In this document: positions 57,303 to 64,000 of the stretch, one piece after another | How the letters are laid out: every line of letters begins with the position of its first letter | Position numbering within the stretch: the first letter of the stretch is position 1 | Origin: Alphaproteobacteria bacterium | Lineage (GTDB): Bacteria > Pseudomonadota > Alphaproteobacteria > CAAHEQ01 > UBA3637 | Assembly: GCA_045532865.1 (NCBI GenBank) | Contig: JAZSGT010000017.1 | Coordinates: 1,067 to 65,066 of the forward strand | Reading direction: 5' to 3' | Length of the DNA stretch: 64,000 nt | Program-made: the position numbers and the translations under genes | The notes under the pieces: generated by a model | The model's input: the letters and a program-made list of their open reading frames with translations, nothing else | Told to the model about the DNA's origin: nothing | Databases searched by the model: none

Positions 57303-58685
57303 ATGTATTATAGTTTATTTGAAGTTTTTTCAATTGGAATTGGTCCTTCTAGTTCTCATACAGTTGGACCAATGAAAGCTGCAAAACGTTTTACAGATAA
57401 TTTGGTAGCACAAAATAAAATTCACCAAACATCAAAAGTAAAAACAACACTCTATGGATCCCTTGCATTAACCGGTGTTGGACATGGCACATTAAATGCC
57501 GTTATTTATGGTCTTGCCGGCTTTGAAGCTGAAGAAATTGATTTAACTTTAAATCCGTTAGAAACAATAAAGTCATCAAAAGTGCTTTGTCTTGGAAACA
57601 AAAAAAACATTCCTTTTATATTTGAAGAAGATATCCTTTTAGAAAAAGAAATATTTTTAACAGAACATTCAAACGGATTAAAATTTGAAGCATTAGATGA
57701 AACAGGAAAAACAATTTTTGAAGAAACTTATTTTTCTGTTGGTGGGGGAACCATCGCAAGACAAGATGAAATCAAAAACAGAATCGCAAGAGCTGAATAC
57801 AATGTTCCATACCCTTTTGATAGTTGCGCCGAACTCATTGAGTTAACAAAAAAACATAATATGACAATTGACCAAATTGTCATGCAAAATGAAGAAGCTA
57901 TTCGTCCATTTAAAGAAATTAGAGAGGGCATGTATAAAATACACCAAATCATGCAAGATTCTATTGATGCAGGCATTCATCACAAAGGTGAACTCCCCGG
58001 AGGATTGAGCATTAAACGCAGAGCACCCCAAATATATAAACGATTGAAAGAAAACTTCATTCAAAACAACTCAGATCCTCTTATGGTTATTGACTGGATT
58101 AATCTATGGGCATTTGCCGTTTCTGAAGAAAATGCATGCGGTGGAAAAATTGTAACAGCCCCAACAATGGGTTCTGCTGGTATTATCCCTGCTGTTATGC
58201 GTTACTATCAACGTTTTGCAGCTCCTAAATCACCATTTCAAGTTGAAATTGGGAATGGTATTTTTCTTTTAACAGCCTCGGCTATTTGCTCCCTTTATCG
58301 CACAAATGCTTCCATTTCAGGAGCTGAAGTTGGTTGCCAAGGTGAAGTTGGAGTTGCTTGCTCTATGGCTGCAGCAGGCCTCACAGCAGCAATGGGTGGT
58401 GATCCAAAGCAAATTGAAAATGCTGCTGAAATTGCAATGGAACATAATTTAGGTTTAACATGCGATCCAATAGCAGGACTTGTTCAAATCCCATGTATTG
58501 AAAGAAATGCTATGGGCGCAACAAAAGCTGTTAACGCAGCAAGGCTTGCTTTGCGTGGTTCTGGAGAACATCTTGTAAGTCTTGATAGCGTTATCAAAAC
58601 CATGTATGAAACAGGAAAACATCTCAACAGCATGTATAAAGAAACCTCTCTTGGTGGGCTTGCAGTTAACGCCCTTACTTGCTAA
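57303..58685 (+). CDS. sdaA: L-serine ammonia-lyase (iron-sulfur dependent, single-chain)
   Basis: N-terminal [19 protein letters not shown], plus [18 protein letters not shown] and CQGEVG motifs. Confidence 0.93.
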   Translation: MYYSLFEVFSIGIGPSSSHTVGPMKAAKRFTDNLVAQNKIHQTSKVKTTLYGSLALTGVGHGTLNAVIYGLAGFEAEEIDLTLNPLETIKSSKVLCLGNKKNIPFIFEEDILLEKEIFLTEHSNGLKFEALDETGKTIFEETYFSVGGGTIARQDEIKNRIARAEYNVPYPFDSCAELIELTKKHNMTIDQIVMQNEEAIRPFKEIREGMYKIHQIMQDSIDAGIHHKGELPGGLSIKRRAPQIYKRLKENFIQNNSDPLMVIDWINLWAFAVSEENACGGKIVTAPTMGSAGIIPAVMRYYQRFAAPKSPFQVEIGNGIFLLTASAICSLYRTNASISGAEVGCQGEVGVACSMAAAGLTAAMGGDPKQIENAAEIAMEHNLGLTCDPIAGLVQIPCIERNAMGATKAVNAARLALRGSGEHLVSLDSVIKTMYETGKHLNSMYKETSLGGLAVNALTC

Positions 58686-58695
58686 TAAAAAATTA

Positions 58696-58724
58696 TTGAC
58701 AGAAAAATAATTTTCTGCTATACT
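58696..58724 (+). promoter_or_regulatory. Near-consensus promoter with an inverted repeat in the spacer
   Basis: TTGACA (58696-58701), a 17-nt spacer, then TATACT (58719-58724). The spacer contains AGAAAA-taa-TTTTCT (58701-58716). Confidence 0.6.
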
Positions 58725-58756
58725 CACTCCATTATTAATTAAATTATGGAGCTCTA

Positions 58757-59548
58757 ATGGATTTACACCAAGATAAAAGAAATATAACAATTCGTGAACT
58801 TTGCACAGACATATCAAACTTTTTTGAGGTAACACCTATTCACATTTTCACAAACTCTTTGCTCGAAAAAAAGCTCGACACGCACAAAAAAACAGCTGGA
58901 AGGAATATTGTTCTACTTGTATCCAATGGTGTTGAAGAAGCGCAAACAAATATAACCCCTTCACGTGTGAATAACTCTATACGTATTTTAAACCACTACA
59001 ACTTAAACGATTCCCAAGTTGTTAAATTAGGGCATGATAGAAGTCAATTGATATACAATGATGTTGTCAATTTCATCAACAGAAAAACAAATCAAGAATT
59101 GCCTCCTCATTCTCAAGCAACATTGCTTTCACATACAAATTACCCTTCTGATCAAGCTATATTAGAACAGATTCAAAATGTTATTCGAAACAAAAAAGAA
59201 CCTCAATTTGTTACAGCTTTTCTGAGTTCAACTTTTTTAACACAAGCAGGAACTTTGAATCAAAATGCATTACCTATTTCTAATTTAATTGAAAATTTAA
59301 ATGGTACTGGAACACTTTATCTTTTAACATCAACTCATGAATTAGCTCAAAAAACAAAAGAAGCAAGTTCAAATACATTTAAAACACACATTCAACCAAT
59401 TGTTCCCCTTCTTGTTGCAGCTGAATTATTAAGACATTCAAAAAATCATAAAATATCTGTTCAAGAACCAATTGATTGGAGAAGAAATCATAAAGATAAA
59501 ATTGATTTTTCGTGTTTAGCTAGAATATATCACGGCCACCACAGATAA
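58757..59548 (+). CDS. Hypothetical protein (263 aa), orphan
   Basis: ORF with its own promoter and terminator. No signal peptide, TM segment or recognised domain. Confidence 0.55.
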   Translation: MDLHQDKRNITIRELCTDISNFFEVTPIHIFTNSLLEKKLDTHKKTAGRNIVLLVSNGVEEAQTNITPSRVNNSIRILNHYNLNDSQVVKLGHDRSQLIYNDVVNFINRKTNQELPPHSQATLLSHTNYPSDQAILEQIQNVIRNKKEPQFVTAFLSSTFLTQAGTLNQNALPISNLIENLNGTGTLYLLTSTHELAQKTKEASSNTFKTHIQPIVPLLVAAELLRHSKNHKISVQEPIDWRRNHKDKIDFSCLARIYHGHHR

Positions 59549-59580
59549 CTTTTTAAAAGATTTTATATTTTTCACTCAAA

Positions 59581-59612
59581 AACAAGAGCGCTTTTTTAAG
59601 TGCTCTTGTTTT
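59581..59612. terminator. Bidirectional hairpin terminator
   Basis: ACAAGAGCGC-(8 nt)-GTGCTCTTGT with an A run before and a T run after, at the convergent junction 59548/59619. Confidence 0.75.
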
Positions 59613-59618
59613 TATTCT

Positions 59619-60590
59619 CTACTTTAAATTCTTTAATGTTTGAAACATAATATCAAAAAAACTTTTTTCATTCACCTTTCGAATAACATTTACCAAGAAC
59701 CCTTCATCATCAATAAGAGTTTTACCCCTTGTATTTGTTAAATCAATTTTAAGTGGTATCTTTTCTTGAACAAAAATCGATGGCTCAATTAAATATGCCA
59801 TCGCAACGGCATCATGTATAGCTCGGACAGGGTCATTCTTGTTTTTTCGTAATGCACCATAATCTAAAATATCCTCTGGTCCCACAGTTGCAAGCATATC
59901 AGCAACAGATATGCCCATCCAACCAATAGAACGTAACTTTTTATCAATTTCACCATTATATAAAATTTTTCGTGTTACGTCCAACCCTATTAAATTAATC
60001 TGTTTTATCTTAGAACTCAAAACTTGATGAACAGCTTCTGGATCAGTGGCAAAATTATATTCTGCATAAGTTTTACCTCCATCATATGAAATATTGCCAA
60101 ATCTGTTGTGAATATGTTCTTTAAAAACACACCCACCCATAATTGTTAAACTAGGTATATTTGTTGCTATTAATGAATTTCTTTTTAAAGCATGCGCTAT
60201 ATTTGTTTGAGGAGCCAACGCACACAAATGAATATTTGATTGACTACTATACAAATCACTCAAAAAGTCAGAAGCACTTACAGAGGATATATTTCCTTTT
60301 AAACAGGGCCAATAAGATGTCCCATCCATCCCAGAATATCCAAAAACATCTTCAAGCGTCACATGTTTTTGTTTTAATGGTTTAGTTGCACCTTTATAAA
60401 TTGGAATATCTTCTCTTTTTGCTAATGAGAGTATTTTGCAAGCGTTTTGTAATGTTTTATCAACACCAACATTTCCTGCGACAACCGAGAGTGCCTTTAC
60501 CTTAATATTTTCAGCACCCAACGCCATCAAAATAGCAAGCGCATCGTCTTGTCCTGGATCGCAATCAATTACAATTTCTTTTATGCTCAT
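59619..60590 (-). CDS. Nucleoside hydrolase (inosine-uridine preferring, IUNH family)
   Basis: N-terminal VIDCDPGQDDALAI matches the DxDxxxDD metal/ribose-binding fingerprint. Length 323 aa. Confidence 0.88.
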   Translation of the reverse strand: MSIKEIVIDCDPGQDDALAILMALGAENIKVKALSVVAGNVGVDKTLQNACKILSLAKREDIPIYKGATKPLKQKHVTLEDVFGYSGMDGTSYWPCLKGNISSVSASDFLSDLYSSQSNIHLCALAPQTNIAHALKRNSLIATNIPSLTIMGGCVFKEHIHNRFGNISYDGGKTYAEYNFATDPEAVHQVLSSKIKQINLIGLDVTRKILYNGEIDKKLRSIGWMGISVADMLATVGPEDILDYGALRKNKNDPVRAIHDAVAMAYLIEPSIFVQEKIPLKIDLTNTRGKTLIDDEGFLVNVIRKVNEKSFFDIMFQTLKNLK

Positions 60591-60594
60591 TTAT

Positions 60595-61539
60595 TTACCG
60601 CAAAATAAAATCAACACGCTCTTTAAATGAAAGATTTTTTGGATAAGTATCTATTTCTTTTAAAATATGAACCAATCCTTTTTGATTTGCAATTTGAATT
60701 GCAAGACCTGGCCTTGCATTCAACTCTAACATCATTGGCCCCAAATCTTTGTCCATTACAATATCAGCGCCTAAATAACCCAAGCCAGTCATATCAAAAC
60801 CTTTTGCTGCAATTTCTAAATGTGTTCTCCAATCTGGCACCTTTAATGTTAACAAATCTACACCCGTATCAGGATGATGAAAAATAGGTTTATTATGTTG
60901 AACAGCTGCAATAGATTTACCAGTCCGTATATCAATACCAACACCAACAGCTCCTTGATGCAAATTAGCTCTTCCACCCGATTCTTTTGTTGCAAGTCGC
61001 ATCATAGCCATTGCAGGATAGCCTTGATAAACAATAATACGAACATCTGGTATCCCCTGAAAACTATACTCTTTAAACTGATCTGAAAATGAAACAACCT
61101 CTTCAATAATTGCTTCATCATACTGCCCACCCAAACTATATAATCCACTTAGCACATTTGAAATATGTTGATAAATTTCAGTAAATTTTATTATTTTATT
61201 AGAAGCAGTTCTAAAACAGTTTTGTGTATAGTTTTTAATAACCAAAACACCCTTTCCACCACTTCCGTGAGCTGGCTTTATAACAAAACCCTTCCAACCT
61301 TTCACCATTTGTAAAATATTTTTTACTTCATACTGCGCTTTAATAACCCCAATCAAGCGAGGTGTTTGAATCCCAACACTTGCAGCCAATTCTTTTGTTT
61401 TAACCTTATCATCCACCAATGGATATAGTTTCCTTGAATTATGCAATCCAATAATTGAAAAATTACGAGCATTCATATTCAAAACACCAACTTTTTTTAA
61501 AGCACTAGAGGATGTAAACAATTTAAAGAACTTAAACAT
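60595..61539 (-). CDS. Alpha-L-glutamate ligase-like (RimK-related) ATP-grasp protein
   Basis: VGVLNMNARNFSIIGLHNSRKLYPLVDDKVKTKELA...FVIKPAHGSGGKGVLVI matches my memory of the TIGR02291-type RimK-related family. Confidence 0.8.
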   Translation of the reverse strand: MFKFFKLFTSSSALKKVGVLNMNARNFSIIGLHNSRKLYPLVDDKVKTKELAASVGIQTPRLIGVIKAQYEVKNILQMVKGWKGFVIKPAHGSGGKGVLVIKNYTQNCFRTASNKIIKFTEIYQHISNVLSGLYSLGGQYDEAIIEEVVSFSDQFKEYSFQGIPDVRIIVYQGYPAMAMMRLATKESGGRANLHQGAVGVGIDIRTGKSIAAVQHNKPIFHHPDTGVDLLTLKVPDWRTHLEIAAKGFDMTGLGYLGADIVMDKDLGPMMLELNARPGLAIQIANQKGLVHILKEIDTYPKNLSFKERVDFILR

Positions 61540-61541
61540 TT

Positions 61542-63107
61542 TTACTGCCTTTTTGTTTTTTTTACATTACTTTTTGCTTTAGCCAATGGTGCAAAACGTT
61601 TCAACTCTGAAAGACGATAACCCGTGTACGTTCCAAACAACATAATCAAGAAGAGAATAACCACATTTAATTCATTAAATGCAAATGTTATATGTCTAAT
61701 TGCTTCATTTGCAATCACAAAATATATTATAACAGCAGAAAGAAAACTAAAGAAAACTTCTTTAAGTGCATTTTTAAGCCCCTCTTCCTCCCAAATAATT
61801 GATCCTCTTTCAATAACCCAAGCAATGATAATAATAGGGAAAAAGAGAGCAGAAGAAGCAACTTGCCAATCAAATTTATATCCTAAAATAGCAAAAATTT
61901 GAATCAATAAAATAACAAAAACAACAACTGCTGAAATACGTGGCACAAGCAACAAATTCAAACGAGACAAACACATACGAATAAATAAGCCAATTCCAAC
62001 TATAATACTAAAACAAATTAATCCTTTTAAAAAACCAGTTTCAACCAAAGCCATTGAAATCAACATCGGAGTAAAAGTCCCCATTGTTTTAATACCAATA
62101 ACATTTCTAAGAATAACAACAACTAAAATTGCCAAAGGAAAAACCATCAGCCATTTTAATGCATTTTGTTGTTCAACTGGTAAATTATAAATCGAATAAG
62201 AAAAAAAGCTTTCTACTCCTGTATTTTTGGATCTGTGTTTTGCCATACTAAATGAAGAATTAAGTGATTTAAGTACAGAATATTTTATAACAGAGTCCCC
62301 ACCCCCAATCACATCTACCAAAGAGGCACTGCCTTTTTGAAAAGCAACAAAATCAGCAGGCAACCCTTTTTGGCCTGTTTCAATATTATATACATGCCAT
62401 TTTTTATCATTTTGATTATAAGCTTCAATCATTACATCCGCTGAAACAGATTTTTTACCTTCAACCAGATGAACCCCTCGAATAAGTCTAGCAGGAATAT
62501 TTTCAAGCGCCAACAAATCAACTATTTTTTCTGCTTTTTCTTTTGCTTTAGTTCTTTTTGGTAAAAAAGACTGAACAAGCTCTGTTGCATCTTCGTTTGT
62601 TAAAAATAAAATAATTTTTTGAACATCATCTCCTTTTTGAGTTTTTGAAACTTCAATCAATTCTTTTGCAAGCATCATTGTTTCATCATCAAACAAAGGG
62701 GGTATAATTTTAGGAGTGTTTTTTTCTTTTGAAACTTTCTTAGCTTCAACCATATCATAAAGTAAAATTCGATAATAAATATCTTGAGATTTTTTTAAAC
62801 CTTGGCCGATTACCTCAATTTTTCCATCTTGTTTTTGAACGGTATAATTCCCTTTTACAATTGTATTTTCATCTAAAATTTTTAACCTTCCATCCACAAT
62901 TGGCCGCGAAAAAATAATCTTTACAGTTTCATCAATTGGTTTAAATTTCAAATGCGACTCAATTGTCCACACTGGTATTTTTTTATCGATTGTCCATGTA
63001 AAATTTAAAAAATGCTGTTTGTAGTAAATACCACAAGCAGTATATACAATAGAAAGAATTAAGCCAACAAATAAAATCCATCGAACAATTGCCAATTTTT
63101 TAAACAT
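61542..63107 (-). CDS. Inactive-transglutaminase-like domain fused to a 7-TM module
   Basis: N-terminal TM segment, a ~280-aa soluble domain, then about seven hydrophobic helices in the C-terminal 220 aa. It sits in the conserved position between the protease-like and ATP-grasp genes. Confidence 0.65.
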   Translation of the reverse strand: MFKKLAIVRWILFVGLILSIVYTACGIYYKQHFLNFTWTIDKKIPVWTIESHLKFKPIDETVKIIFSRPIVDGRLKILDENTIVKGNYTVQKQDGKIEVIGQGLKKSQDIYYRILLYDMVEAKKVSKEKNTPKIIPPLFDDETMMLAKELIEVSKTQKGDDVQKIILFLTNEDATELVQSFLPKRTKAKEKAEKIVDLLALENIPARLIRGVHLVEGKKSVSADVMIEAYNQNDKKWHVYNIETGQKGLPADFVAFQKGSASLVDVIGGGDSVIKYSVLKSLNSSFSMAKHRSKNTGVESFFSYSIYNLPVEQQNALKWLMVFPLAILVVVILRNVIGIKTMGTFTPMLISMALVETGFLKGLICFSIIVGIGLFIRMCLSRLNLLLVPRISAVVVFVILLIQIFAILGYKFDWQVASSALFFPIIIIAWVIERGSIIWEEEGLKNALKEVFFSFLSAVIIYFVIANEAIRHITFAFNELNVVILFLIMLFGTYTGYRLSELKRFAPLAKAKSNVKKTKRQ

Positions 63108-63118
63108 GGTTTCCTCTT

Positions 63119-63694
63119 TTAATATAACGTTTTAGATAGGCTCGTATCAACAATTGCCCGACCCTCTAGGACATTACGACCAATTAATCCTTGATAATCA
63201 AATTTGGTTCTATCAGCCAATGAAAACTGAGCTGTTATTTTTTCATTTCCCATTTTAATCGTCATTAAAACAACAATTCTTTCTTCAGATTCTTTTTGCC
63301 GTTTTATTGATGTTTGGCGATAAACTTTTTTTTCAAAATGATATGTCTCTCCATTATTTTTATTGACAACATCAAAAGAAACCCATTTAACTCCTTCTCT
63401 TTCAAAAAGTTTAATATTTTTTGCATCAATTGATGAAGTTGTAGCCCCTGTATCAATTCGAGATAAAATGGCCTTTTTCATTGGCAAAAAATAAACAGGC
63501 TCATATGCCCCGATAATACCTAATTTATGTGTTTGAAGAGCTTGTTCATCCAAAGAAAGCGCTGGAACTTTCACTGTTTTGACTGTTTCAACCACCACAG
63601 GATTCATAGGTGCTATTTCTGTCTTTTCAACCGTACAAGAAGAGCAACCCAGTGCTAACAATAACACAAAAGAACTCAAAAAACACTTTTTCAT
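63119..63694 (-). CDS. Retropepsin-like aspartic protease family protein (PF05618 'ATP-dependent zinc protease'-like), lipoprotein
   Basis: Lipobox LLALGC. SRIDTGATTSSIDAKNIKLFEREGVKWVSFDV carries the D-T-G-A motif and the layout of this family. Confidence 0.75.
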   Translation of the reverse strand: MKKCFLSSFVLLLALGCSSCTVEKTEIAPMNPVVVETVKTVKVPALSLDEQALQTHKLGIIGAYEPVYFLPMKKAILSRIDTGATTSSIDAKNIKLFEREGVKWVSFDVVNKNNGETYHFEKKVYRQTSIKRQKESEERIVVLMTIKMGNEKITAQFSLADRTKFDYQGLIGRNVLEGRAIVDTSLSKTLY

Positions 63695-63814
63695 TTTTAC
63701 CCCTTTTTATGACATTTTTTTTATATTTTAATAAAATCACTTAAAAAGTAAAGCAAAAACTTGCTATTTTTTTTTAAATCAAATATATTTCCATCAACAA
63801 AGGAGAAAATCACT

Positions 63815-64000
63815 ATGTCAAAAAAAAGGGGCTCACTATTTCATATTTTTAAAGCATGTGAATATTCATTTAACGGAATAAAATCGGCATTTCAAAGCGA
63901 AGTGGCTTTTCGTCAAGATATAACTATTTGTATAATTTTATTTGTTTTAACTATCTTTTTGCCAATTACCTTAACGCATAAAACACTCATGATTATGTCA
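63815..64000 (+). CDS. dgkA: Diacylglycerol kinase (partial, runs off the right edge)
   Basis: Hand translation gives MSKKRGSLFHIFKACEYSFNGIKSAFQSEVAFRQDITICIILFV..., which matches the DgkA N terminus (...YS..G...A...E.AFRQE). AAGGAG SD at 63800-63805. Confidence 0.75.
   Translation, partial: MSKKRGSLFHIFKACEYSFNGIKSAFQSEVAFRQDITICIILFVLTIFLPITLTHKTLMIMS

Noticed and set aside
58455-58835. A 126-aa minus-strand ORF spans the sdaA 3' end and the promoter of the 58757 gene.
   Set aside because: It overlaps the conserved C terminus of sdaA and a near-consensus plus-strand promoter. It has no SD and no family resemblance.
1-64000. I searched by eye for CRISPR arrays, rRNA genes, IS elements/transposases and long dispersed repeats.
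   Set aside because: I saw no regularly spaced direct repeats with unique spacers, no rRNA-like segments and no transposase-like ORFs. The only tandem repeat is the in-frame 5 x 252 bp array inside the helicase gene. Intergenic gaps are all under 300 bp.

Overview
This is a gene-dense, visibly AT-rich bacterial chromosome segment (composition judged by eye, not computed). The housekeeping gene content and order look alphaproteobacterial: yfgM-like/bamB/der, smpB-pepP-prmA, gyrA-ssb, mrcA ... prfB, and rluD with a divergent DUF6476-like gene next to secA. The organism is probably host-associated. It has many nucleoside and purine salvage genes (NupC transporter, nucleoside hydrolase, adenosine-kinase-like PfkB, Gpt-like PRTase, two LOG-family genes) and a Na+-pumping oxaloacetate decarboxylase.

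I support about 60 CDSs. One is a 59-aa oadG missing from the ORF track, one is prfB with its canonical +1 frameshift, and one is a partial dgkA at the right edge. I also support two tRNA-Leu genes (CAA and GAG), about a dozen hairpin terminators, and three near-consensus promoters. I found no rRNA, CRISPR array or transposase.

The items most worth a second look are:
1. A tyrosine integrase beside the 3' end of tRNA-Leu(CAA), which looks like one end of an integrative element running off the left edge.
2. A lone SF2 helicase carrying five exact 84-aa tandem repeats of an unrecognised domain, behind a perfect TTGACA-17-TATAAT promoter.
3. Two orphan genes wedged between mrcA and prfB.
4. An isolated cluster of a membrane-anchored FliG-like gene, a divergent flhF and flhG, followed after secA by an orphan non-canonical type IV pilin-like gene.
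5. A small XRE-regulator module with palindromic operators and an apparently leaderless start, next to an HNH nuclease translationally coupled to recG.
6. A tight four-gene operon of a retropepsin-like lipoprotein, a 7TM transglutaminase-like protein, a RimK-like ATP-grasp ligase and a nucleoside hydrolase, whose function is not experimentally established to my knowledge.

All family assignments come from motifs read by eye and from memory of the families. No database search was run.
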